A DNA stretch of 60,052 nucleotides. It comes from Euryarchaeota archaeon UBA602. Its GTDB lineage: Archaea; Thermoplasmatota; Poseidoniia; Poseidoniales; Thalassarchaeaceae. The position numbers were made by a program, and so were the translations under genes. The notes under the pieces are model-generated. The model saw nothing but the letters and a program-made list of their open reading frames with translations. It was not told the DNA's origin and did no database searches. Positions 8,933 to 17,066 of this stretch are shown piece by piece. The stretch spans positions 7,777 through 67,828 of the forward strand of contig DAHO01000045.1 of assembly GCA_002498455.1 (NCBI GenBank), read 5' to 3'. The first letter of the stretch is position 1. Each line of letters opens with the position of its first letter.

Positions 8933-10177
8933 ATGGCCAAGAAGCGTCAGCTCCCCGGCCAACCTGAAGTGAACATCGGACTTGTGGGTCACGTAGACCA
9001 TGGAAAGACCACCTTGACTCAAGCTCTGTCCGGGACATGGACAGATACACATTCAGAAGAACGCAAAAGAGGCATCAGCATCAAGTTGGGTTACGCTGAC
9101 ACCGCATTCTATCGAACCAAGAAGGGAGAAGCCTACGCGATGGGTAAGAGACCCGATGGTAAGGAAGATGATGCAAAGGAATTACTTCGAGCTGTTTCCT
9201 TCGTCGATGCACCAGGTCACGAGACACTCATGGCCGTCATGATTTCTGGTTCTTCAATCATGGATGGAGCCCTACTCCTAGTGGCCGCCAATGAAAAATG
9301 CCCACAGCCTCAAACTCGTGAACACTTGATGGCACTCGAAATTGCAGGCATTGAGAACATCGTAGTGGTTCAGAACAAGATTGACTTGGTGACTCGCGAG
9401 CGGGCGATTGAATCGCACGCAGAAATCAAGACATTCTTGGAAGGTACAATCGCTGAAAATGCACCGATTATTCCAGTGAGTGCTCATCACGATGTCAATC
9501 TAGACATCCTGATTGATGCGATTGAGAACATCATCCCTACACCTGACTTACGTGAGAAGGAAAATGGGCTGATGTATGTTGCTCGCTCGTTTGACATCAA
9601 TCGACCAGGAACTCGACCTTCGAAACTCAAAGGCGGGATTATCGGTGGATCGGTAGTCTCAGGAAATTTCTCTGAAGGCGATGACATTGTCATTGCCCCA
9701 GGACGAAAGATCACTGAAGGAAATAAGTCAAGATGGGAACCGATTACAACGAAAATCTCCAGTGTACAAGCCGGTGGCCTTGATTTAGAATCGGTACATG
9801 CTGGTGGATTGTGTGGTATTGCTACACCCCTCGACCCATTCCATACAAAGTCGGATAACCTGTCTGGACAAGTGATGGCCAAAGTTGGTGAATTGCCACC
9901 GGTTTGGGAGACCCTGGATGTTTCGCTGAATTTGCTAAAACAAATGGTCAGTGGTGAGAGCGATGGAGAAAATGTACGTCCCCTGCAACCGGGTGAGATG
10001 TTGATGCTCAATTCGGCAACAGCAACCAGTGTCGGTGTTGTCTCTGCAGTCAAAGGCAAGAATGCTACGCTCAACCTACGCTTGCCTATCTGTGCACTTT
10101 CTGGTACCAGAATTACTCTTTCACGCCGCGTAGGAAGTCGCTGGCGCCTCATTGGACACGGCATCATCGCGGGGTGA
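8933..10177 (+). CDS. eif2g: Translation initiation factor aIF2 gamma subunit
   Basis: QPEVNIGLVGHVDHGKTT, RGISIKLGYA, DAPGHE, NKID, RWRLIG. Confidence 0.97.
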   Translation: MAKKRQLPGQPEVNIGLVGHVDHGKTTLTQALSGTWTDTHSEERKRGISIKLGYADTAFYRTKKGEAYAMGKRPDGKEDDAKELLRAVSFVDAPGHETLMAVMISGSSIMDGALLLVAANEKCPQPQTREHLMALEIAGIENIVVVQNKIDLVTRERAIESHAEIKTFLEGTIAENAPIIPVSAHHDVNLDILIDAIENIIPTPDLREKENGLMYVARSFDINRPGTRPSKLKGGIIGGSVVSGNFSEGDDIVIAPGRKITEGNKSRWEPITTKISSVQAGGLDLESVHAGGLCGIATPLDPFHTKSDNLSGQVMAKVGELPPVWETLDVSLNLLKQMVSGESDGENVRPLQPGEMLMLNSATATSVGVVSAVKGKNATLNLRLPICALSGTRITLSRRVGSRWRLIGHGIIAG

Positions 10178-10545
10178 AGCCCGTGATTGGCGTCCTGATT
10201 GACACCTGTGGTTGGGTGGCTGTGGTTGAAGCTAGAATCAATATCGATTTGGCCCTAGAACAGCAACTCGGTCCAATTGAGATTAAGATTACACGATCTG
10301 TCATGAATGAATTGGAGCGTTTGGCCGAACAAGAATCTCGAAATTTATTGCTCAGCATACTTGACGAACGGGCAGAATTGGTTTCAGGTGAAGGGGAACA
10401 TACCGACGATGAGCTACTGAATCTAGCCATCAAACACCATTGGCCGGTGTTGACTGTCGACAAAGATTTGAAGAATCGGTTGTACAATGCCAATGCTTCC
10501 GTCATTGAAGTGCATGGGTCGAAGGCTTTGCGGTACATTGAATGA
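10174..10545 (+). CDS. PIN-domain protein (Fcf1/Utp23-like)
   Basis: VLIDT, TDDELL, LTVDKDLK; lies after aIF2-gamma as in the conserved archaeal cluster. Confidence 0.8.
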   Translation: MKPVIGVLIDTCGWVAVVEARINIDLALEQQLGPIEIKITRSVMNELERLAEQESRNLLLSILDERAELVSGEGEHTDDELLNLAIKHHWPVLTVDKDLKNRLYNANASVIEVHGSKALRYIE

Positions 10546-10548
10546 ATC

Positions 10549-10782
10549 TCAGTCGAGTGGATGTGAGATTGGTATCCCATTTTTATCCGTCATATTTAGA
10601 GTCCAACGGAGCGTCTTGATGACTCCCCGTAGTGCAGTAATGTTTCGAATGGCCTCAGCATTCGCCTTTTGATCCATTTTGGCACTGTGGTAGTGTTTTT
10701 CCCACAGTACCTTGCGATCCTCTGCTTCACGAAGCATCTCGCGCAACTCTTCTGCTGAACGTGGTTTTCCGATGGGGCTCAT
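10549..10782 (-). CDS. Small helical hypothetical protein (77 aa)
   Basis: Fills the gap between convergent genes; plausible amphipathic helices. Confidence 0.65.
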   Translation of the reverse strand: MSPIGKPRSAEELREMLREAEDRKVLWEKHYHSAKMDQKANAEAIRNITALRGVIKTLRWTLNMTDKNGIPISHPLD

Positions 10783-10839
10783 GGGCGACCGCGGTAAAAC
10801 CGACCCTTTTCAAACTGGCCCCTGCATAAATTGCAAATT

Positions 10840-11139
10840 TCAGGGTAAAGTGAACATCTCATCATCACCATGGCCATCCATAAGACCGATTTTGACAGCA
10901 CAATCGATCCAAGCGTGAGCGTAGTTGATTGCACCGAATGCTCGGACCAAATCTCCTTGTTCGACAAACCACTTTGCGTCGGATGCATAGGAATCTGCCA
11001 TTTCCATCATGATCGCCAAGCGCTTCCCTTCATCTGATTCCGAGGGGAACAACGGTGTCGCTTTGTCTCGAGCTGCCTGAGTAAGACCCAGATATCGCTG
11101 GATGAGTTCAGAGGTGACTTCAACATGAGGTTCAGACAT
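10840..11139 (-). CDS. DUF357 family protein
   Basis: MADSYASDAKWF..GDLVRAFGAINYAHAWID pattern; start overlaps the upstream stop. Confidence 0.85.
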   Translation of the reverse strand: MSEPHVEVTSELIQRYLGLTQAARDKATPLFPSESDEGKRLAIMMEMADSYASDAKWFVEQGDLVRAFGAINYAHAWIDCAVKIGLMDGHGDDEMFTLP

Positions 11140-12169
11140 CCGCACCCTCCCGAATCGAAATCAATCTTCGAACATCCTCTGCTCGGCCCAAGGATTCGTA
11201 CAACTCGATCGCGCGGCTAATCATACCGGAGTCTTCAGCATCCCGGGCTGCTTCAAAAATCACTTGACGCTGTTCCCAATCAAGGCGACGAATCTCTCCC
11301 GATGCAATTTCTTCAAAGAGCAATTTTCGACGACTGACAAGATGCGGACCAATCCACATCCGAATCAAACCATTGCGTGTCGCCGAAAGCATACGATCGG
11401 CATGGTTTGAAGAAAGCAAATCCCCCGCGGGTCGACGCTCAAAATCATCGCCAGGAGGCAGTCGAATCAAATCTCCTGCAACGTCCAATGTCCACCAGCC
11501 TTCTCCCGTCCAAGCCGCCTGAATCGGAACCAGTCCATCCCCTGGAATGCGGTCAATACGATCCCAACCAAATGGATTCGGTACACCCTCCTGCAGACTA
11601 CCATCGACATGTTGAACCAACAAGCGACCTCGATAAAGACGGGAAACCCAAGACCAACGTGTGGTTTCGATTCGACGTTGTGCGTCGTCACCACCCAAAC
11701 GAAGGGCACGTAGACAACCATCATCATCTTGCGCAAGCAAAATCTCCCGATCCAACCAACCAATCATTTTCTGCAAGGGTCCTGGACGTAGGCGACGTAT
11801 GCCTCGACCACGTCGATTGAACAGATGGATATGATCGCCCCTGTCTGAAAGCAGCCAACCTCCTCCAGGCCGGCTCACCACATCCCTGAATCCTCCCGAC
11901 ACTGCACGACCTTCACCCAAGGGTTCACCCGTCGCCAAATCCAGCAAGAAAAATGCAGTTCCGGCCAATACTGCGACATTTGTCCCGTCATGCTCCAAGC
12001 GGTAGACGTCAAAGGAAAATTCCCTACGCCAGAGGAAATCTCCATCCGCATTCAGTCGACGAACAACACTGCCGGCAGCAATCAAACTGTCCTCGCCTAG
12101 ACAGGCAATCGCACCGACACGCCCCTCAACTTGGTGACTCCAAGCAATTTCCCAGCGATCCTCCGTCAT
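11132..12169 (-). CDS. Beta-propeller (WD40/PQQ-like) protein with a C-terminal helical/TPR-like segment
   Basis: Trp/Asp/Gly-rich repeated beta blades; C-terminal RAIELYESLGR helix pair; 2 bp from the upstream gene. Confidence 0.6.
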   Translation of the reverse strand: MTEDRWEIAWSHQVEGRVGAIACLGEDSLIAAGSVVRRLNADGDFLWRREFSFDVYRLEHDGTNVAVLAGTAFFLLDLATGEPLGEGRAVSGGFRDVVSRPGGGWLLSDRGDHIHLFNRRGRGIRRLRPGPLQKMIGWLDREILLAQDDDGCLRALRLGGDDAQRRIETTRWSWVSRLYRGRLLVQHVDGSLQEGVPNPFGWDRIDRIPGDGLVPIQAAWTGEGWWTLDVAGDLIRLPPGDDFERRPAGDLLSSNHADRMLSATRNGLIRMWIGPHLVSRRKLLFEEIASGEIRRLDWEQRQVIFEAARDAEDSGMISRAIELYESLGRAEDVRRLISIREGADV

Positions 12170-12171
12170 GT

Positions 12172-13812
12172 TTAGGCCTCCATGTGGCCATCAGTGAAAT
12201 GTGCCTTTGCTTGGTCTGAAATACGGAAAAGTCGGGTTCTTCCCTTCTTTCTTACCGCAAGAATGCCGGCTTTATGCAAACCATTGAAAATTTGAGACAA
12301 ACGTGGACGGCCAACCGATAGATAGGCCTGTAATGCAGCATCAGAGGGGGAGACTTCTCGCGCAATCGCAGCCTCGACAACCGAAATCTCTGCATCACTT
12401 AGCGACGAAGCCCGTTGAAAATCAAGTGGTAATGTGCTTGATGATGGGGCTGGGGCCCCTTTGCGTAAGCTCTCTCCAATCGTCTTCGCAACCACCGGAT
12501 CCATAACAGGTGTGGGTTCAGGCAATGGTTCGGGTTCAGGCAATGAATCTGCAGCCCAGAATGTGGTTTCCTCCGATTCCAATTGCGGTTTTTCTTCGGG
12601 CATCCGCATGGTAGGGTCTGGTTTTGCTGCCAAAGGACCAATCGACTTGGGCCTCAGCGCGTTTTCAATGCCAATTTCGACCGATGCAGTTCGCTGACGT
12701 TGGGTCAGGCCACCGAATGCGTGTTGAGAGACTGATGGCGGTTCTGTTCCCGGTTCCATCTGTAGAACGGCGCCACCGGCTGAATCTTCCTCGACAGGGG
12801 GCGGATCTTCAATTTCAAACGCCGGTAATTCAAACACCGGTTCAGTTTCATCCATCGCAGCCTCAATTTCAACGGGTTCTTCGGGGAATGAATCCTCTAT
12901 TTCAGGCTCCATTTCAGGGACATCCCAGTCGAACTCCTCTGGTTCATCAATAACATCAGTCTCTGAATCAAGCGCCTCTAGGGGCTCTACCGTTGGTGAC
13001 ATGCGATTTTTGGCATCATTGGGTTCCAAATTCATGGCTTCAAGTATCTCGCTCTTTCTAGTGAAAGATGTAGAGGCCCCACGCTCAGCATCAATAAGGT
13101 CGCGAAGATATCGAACCAGACGGCCTGGGCGTCCCCCGGTTTGCGAGATACTCTGTTCAAGTACGGATTGCTGAATTGGCCAAGCCTCATTGCTAACCTT
13201 TCTCATTCGCTGATCAATCAGTGCACGTACTGTTCTTGCATCAAAATCCGACAAGGGCTCAGTGATATCGAATTGCATTTGTAGACTCTCAGACCATGCA
13301 GATAGTTGTGCAGGGGTCAAAGCGACGATGACCAAAGCCCGCAAACGCGTCAGGACCGGAGATATACGCTCGAAAACCTGAGCCAATTCCGCTCCACTCA
13401 CACCTGGGAAATCAAATGAAATAAGTGGCAAATCACCACTGAAACCTTGCAATTTAGCGACCATTTCTTCGACTAAAGTATTGGTTGAAGAAGGCGTATC
13501 GTATCCTGCAATTCGGCAATACATCTCGTTTAGCAAGGTCTGCGCTGGTGTTGTTTCCGGATAGAATGAGAAGGGATAACTCGTCGATGAAAGATTGCTG
13601 AGGGCTTGCAAGATTGAGGTCCTTCCAGAACCCCTCTCTCCGAGCAAGATCATCAATCTAGGGCTACCAAAGCGCAAATGTTGTCGTAAATCAGCCATCA
13701 ACTGAGAACGGCCAACCAACAATTCGACGTCGCTGGGCTCAATCGGCTTCGCAGAGAAGGGATTGGCACGCATGTGAGGCAGGTGCAGAGACTTCGCAGC
13801 GGATTTCGACAT
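12172..13812 (-). CDS. Degenerate AAA+/STAND-like P-loop protein with an acidic Pro-rich linker and C-terminal winged helix
   Basis: NPF..LVGR, Walker A GERGSGRT, Walker B LISFDFP, TGGRPG; C-terminal RPRLSQIFNGLHKAGILAVRKKGRTRLFRIS wHTH. Confidence 0.75.
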   Translation of the reverse strand: MSKSAAKSLHLPHMRANPFSAKPIEPSDVELLVGRSQLMADLRQHLRFGSPRLMILLGERGSGRTSILQALSNLSSTSYPFSFYPETTPAQTLLNEMYCRIAGYDTPSSTNTLVEEMVAKLQGFSGDLPLISFDFPGVSGAELAQVFERISPVLTRLRALVIVALTPAQLSAWSESLQMQFDITEPLSDFDARTVRALIDQRMRKVSNEAWPIQQSVLEQSISQTGGRPGRLVRYLRDLIDAERGASTSFTRKSEILEAMNLEPNDAKNRMSPTVEPLEALDSETDVIDEPEEFDWDVPEMEPEIEDSFPEEPVEIEAAMDETEPVFELPAFEIEDPPPVEEDSAGGAVLQMEPGTEPPSVSQHAFGGLTQRQRTASVEIGIENALRPKSIGPLAAKPDPTMRMPEEKPQLESEETTFWAADSLPEPEPLPEPTPVMDPVVAKTIGESLRKGAPAPSSSTLPLDFQRASSLSDAEISVVEAAIAREVSPSDAALQAYLSVGRPRLSQIFNGLHKAGILAVRKKGRTRLFRISDQAKAHFTDGHMEA

Positions 13813-13836
13813 CTGAGAGTGCGAACTGAACTTGGG

Positions 13837-14012
13837 TTTAACAAGTTAACGCGATGCTAACAGGTTGAGAGATTGATTTGGAAGCGTTGAAGAGAGTACC
13901 GAATCCCAAATTGACTAAATATTGTAATTAAAATTGTTCTATAAGTTACCGATTAACGTTTAATTAACGCATTGTTAACGTGTCTAAAGCGTTAGTAACG
14001 CATTGTTAACGC
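13837..14012. repeat. Phased TAACG/GTTAAC repeat array flanking an AT-rich core
   Basis: TAAC(G) at 13839, 13847, 13858, 13954, 13965, 13976, 13996, 14007 (TAAAG at 13985); exact 16-bp direct repeat TAACGCATTGTTAACG at 13965-13980 and 13996-14011; 34/40 A+T at 13908-13947. Confidence 0.85.
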
Positions 14013-14119
14013 TTCACTGCACCGCCGTTTGCACTGATTAAATCACCAATCGCACATCAGTGTCGATGTACACGCAACCATTTAGAGGGGTCAATCAGAG
14101 GGCGGGGCGAGGAATACGC

Positions 14120-15415
14120 ATGCCTGTTGAAAACAGCCGATTGAAGGGTTTCTACAAACTCAGTGTCAAAGAACGAAGGGATTTGGTAGCCGAATTGTCC
14201 GGTTTGGACCAAGAGGCTGTCGAGGCCCTAGCTGCTACTGGAGAATTGTCCGAGGCTGCTGCGGATCGGATCATCGAGAATGTAGTTGGTACATTGGCGC
14301 TCCCAGTGGGAGTTGCAACCAATTTCATCATCGATGGAGAACACTACATTGTACCCTTTGCACTAGAGGAGCCATCTGTTGTGGCGGCAGCCAGTAATAT
14401 GGCGAAGAGATGTCATGCCAAGGGTGGCTTTGTCTCAAACAATACTGAACCCATCATGATCGGTCAGATTCAAGTCGTCGGTTGTGCAGATGCCTTTTCT
14501 GCCAAGGCCGCCATTCTAGAGGCCAAAGACGAGTTGATTGGAGCCTGTAACGATGTGGATCCTATCTTAGTCAAGTTTGGTGGAGGTTGCAAGGACATTG
14601 AAGCACGAGTTATCGATACGCAATCTGGACCCATGGTTATCGCTCATATCCTTGTCGATTGCAGAGACGCCATGGGTGCGAATGCCGTGAACACGATGGC
14701 GGAAACCATCGCCCCCCGAATTGAAGCCCTGACTGGAGGCACTGTGATTCTCCGAATCATCAGTAACTTGGCAATCCATCGGCTAGCCCGAGTCAGTGCA
14801 ACTTTTACGCCTGAAGAAATGTCAGATTCAGGCGATGCAGCCCAAGGAAGTGAAGTCATTGATGGAATCCTACAAGCATACCATTTCGCTGCTGCCGATC
14901 CATTCCGTGCAACCACGCACAACAAAGGTATCATGAATGCAATATCTCCAATCGGTGTAGCCTGTGGACAGGATTGGCGTGCAATTGAATCTGGCGCCCA
15001 TTCATATGCATCCTATGGAAGAACCTACGGTTCCCTGACGCACTGGGAAAAAGACGCTGAGGGGAATTTGGTAGGCTCAATCGAGTTGCCCATGCCCGTT
15101 GGCCTAGTCGGAGGCGCAGTCAGAGTACACCCTGTCGCCAAGGCGAATGTCGCCATGATGGGAGCTAGAACCGCAGATGAGTTGTCCAAAGTCATGGCAG
15201 CCGCAGGTTTAGCGCAGAACCTAGGAGCACTGCGTGCTCTCGCAACCGTCGGTATTCAAGCAGGACACATGAAACTCCATGCAAGAAACATGGCCGTAAC
15301 TGCTGGAGCGGAAGATCATGAAGTGGATGCAGTTGTCGATATGATTCGCTCAAGTGGTGAAAGAATCACTGCTGCAGCCATCGAGAATGCATTGAAGGTA
15401 CTTCGAGAAGAGTGA
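14120..15415 (+). CDS. mvaA: Hydroxymethylglutaryl-CoA reductase, class II
   Basis: IENVVG, EEPSVVAA, DAMGANAVN, THNKGIMN, GQDWRAIE, GIQAGHMKLH. Confidence 0.95.
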   Translation: MPVENSRLKGFYKLSVKERRDLVAELSGLDQEAVEALAATGELSEAAADRIIENVVGTLALPVGVATNFIIDGEHYIVPFALEEPSVVAAASNMAKRCHAKGGFVSNNTEPIMIGQIQVVGCADAFSAKAAILEAKDELIGACNDVDPILVKFGGGCKDIEARVIDTQSGPMVIAHILVDCRDAMGANAVNTMAETIAPRIEALTGGTVILRIISNLAIHRLARVSATFTPEEMSDSGDAAQGSEVIDGILQAYHFAAADPFRATTHNKGIMNAISPIGVACGQDWRAIESGAHSYASYGRTYGSLTHWEKDAEGNLVGSIELPMPVGLVGGAVRVHPVAKANVAMMGARTADELSKVMAAAGLAQNLGALRALATVGIQAGHMKLHARNMAVTAGAEDHEVDAVVDMIRSSGERITAAAIENALKVLREE

Positions 15416-15416
15416 T

Positions 15417-16058
15417 TCACTCTTCTTCATCTTGGATGATTTCTGCACTGGACTCATCCCATTCATCACTTACAGGTACTTCTGGTGCATCTTGGATTTC
15501 TTGATCTCCATCACCCAAACTGGCAGCCAATTCAGCCCCGTCCATGCCCATCTTGGCTGCATGTTCCCTAAACCAGGCTCGAACTTTCTTGGACTCTGCG
15601 TATGGACAACCAAACATTTCAGCAAAACGACGAGTGGTGGTCAAACGTCTTGACAAACCATCACGACGACGATCAATCAATCCTAGATGTGCCAAATCAC
15701 GGACGTGTTCATAGGCACGTTGCCCAATCATGTCAACCAATTGACTTTGAGCCATCGGCTGGTGATATGCAATCAGTGCAGCCGCAGCAAGAAGGCGCTG
15801 AGGGATTTCTGTTCGGAATGATGAGGGGATATGATTCGCCAATTTGGGCTTGACTTCCATCACCCAACGACCACTGACACTGGTCAATTGCAAGGCCCCT
15901 CCTGGTCGTCGCTTCATGGTGTGCTGTAAGGATTCGAGATTGGCTATGACTTCCCCCGGTGAGATCTGCATCGATTCAGACAGTTCCTCCACCGATAGAG
16001 AACGACCAGCCCCAAACAGAGTGGCCTCGAGAATGGTACGAGTATCAACATCACTCAC
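15417..16058 (-). CDS. scpB: SMC-Scp complex subunit ScpB
   Basis: LEATLF, ALIAYHQP, TTRRFAEMFG; GTG 16058 has SD GGGGTGA and overlaps the scpA stop. Confidence 0.93.
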   Translation of the reverse strand: MSDVDTRTILEATLFGAGRSLSVEELSESMQISPGEVIANLESLQHTMKRRPGGALQLTSVSGRWVMEVKPKLANHIPSSFRTEIPQRLLAAAALIAYHQPMAQSQLVDMIGQRAYEHVRDLAHLGLIDRRRDGLSRRLTTTRRFAEMFGCPYAESKKVRAWFREHAAKMGMDGAELAASLGDGDQEIQDAPEVPVSDEWDESSAEIIQDEEE

Positions 16059-17061
16059 CCAAATCACCCCCATCAGCGAGGCGCGGACCGATGCCAATTT
16101 CTGTCGATGCTTCTGCAAAGTCCTTGGCCTTCGGCAGTTTATCTTGAAGGAAGATATCACCATTGGGATATTCCATCTGCCAGAGGTCTGTATATCCACG
16201 ATGTGTAAGGAATAGTGCTGAGACAAAACCTGCTACTTGGCCCTCTTCCTCAGCCTCGTTCAATGTCCAACCTTGGGCAGCAGAGTGTTCAGCGAGTTTT
16301 TCTGCAACCTGGACAAGAGTGACAGGTGCCCCTTCTGGGCTGGCGGCACGAATGGCCTCCCAACAGCGCCGAATGTCGTCTTCAAGGTCCTCCTTGTGCA
16401 TCCGAGTGGTTACATTTGACATCCACTCAGAGACCTCAGCAGCATGCTTGATCCGGCTCTGTTCACGGATTCTGCGTTCCTCCGCCTGCTGATGTGCCCC
16501 CTGTAGGGACATCAGTAATTCTGTGAGTGTTACAGGGCGACCTTCCTCACGCTTGATTCGGCCATCCAATAAATCCGGAAGTGAACCCGTGGTTTGCCCA
16601 GTAATGATTCCAACACTGAAATTGTATTCCTCATCTTCAAACTCTGTCTGCCACCCTTCCATCGCCCAAGGATCGTCTTCCCACTCTTCTTCTGCACGTT
16701 CCGCGCGATCTAGAAGTGTTGAAGCCTGCCCATGCAGGATTTGCCAGGCCATACGAATCAGACGGCCACAAGTGGGAAGGTCGACATTTTCTGCATCCTT
16801 GGTTCGTTCTTTGAATTTCTCAATGAATATGGACAAATCGACATCCCAAGGGTCCAAGGTTGCATCATTGAACATTTGAAACACAAGTGCTACAGAACGA
16901 TCGAAGGGTTCAACCAAACTTTGATGCTCAGCACTCTCCAAGTCTGCAATCTCAACCAACCGATCAATGTAGCGATGTTTGTCCAAGTTCGCATCTTCTT
17001 GCTCTCCGAGAAGCTGCTTGACGATGGTCGCCTGCATATCACGGGTCTCAAGTAGAGACAT
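16051..17061 (-). CDS. scpA: Kleisin ScpA
   Basis: LDPWDVDL, RPVTLTELL, FVSALFL...WQ...GDI; between smc and scpB. Confidence 0.9.
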   Translation of the reverse strand: MSLLETRDMQATIVKQLLGEQEDANLDKHRYIDRLVEIADLESAEHQSLVEPFDRSVALVFQMFNDATLDPWDVDLSIFIEKFKERTKDAENVDLPTCGRLIRMAWQILHGQASTLLDRAERAEEEWEDDPWAMEGWQTEFEDEEYNFSVGIITGQTTGSLPDLLDGRIKREEGRPVTLTELLMSLQGAHQQAEERRIREQSRIKHAAEVSEWMSNVTTRMHKEDLEDDIRRCWEAIRAASPEGAPVTLVQVAEKLAEHSAAQGWTLNEAEEEGQVAGFVSALFLTHRGYTDLWQMEYPNGDIFLQDKLPKAKDFAEASTEIGIGPRLADGGDLGE

Positions 17062-17066
17062 GGTTC

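Noticed and set aside
13950..14012. CRISPR array or simple microsatellite
   Set aside because: Units are 11 bp with no unique 30-40 bp spacers and no cas genes; reported instead as a binding-site array
14120..15415. Bacterial-type class II HMG-CoA reductase and MutS1 as novelties
   Set aside because: Both are already known in Thermoplasmatota and other euryarchaea; useful for taxonomy, not new
16059..16226. N-terminal extensions given by the ORF track for scpB (and similarly smc, rpl10e, hpt, hmgA, the peroxidase and the 21161 gene)
   Set aside because: They overlap neighbouring genes, terminators or promoters; homology and SD/TATA positions point to downstream starts
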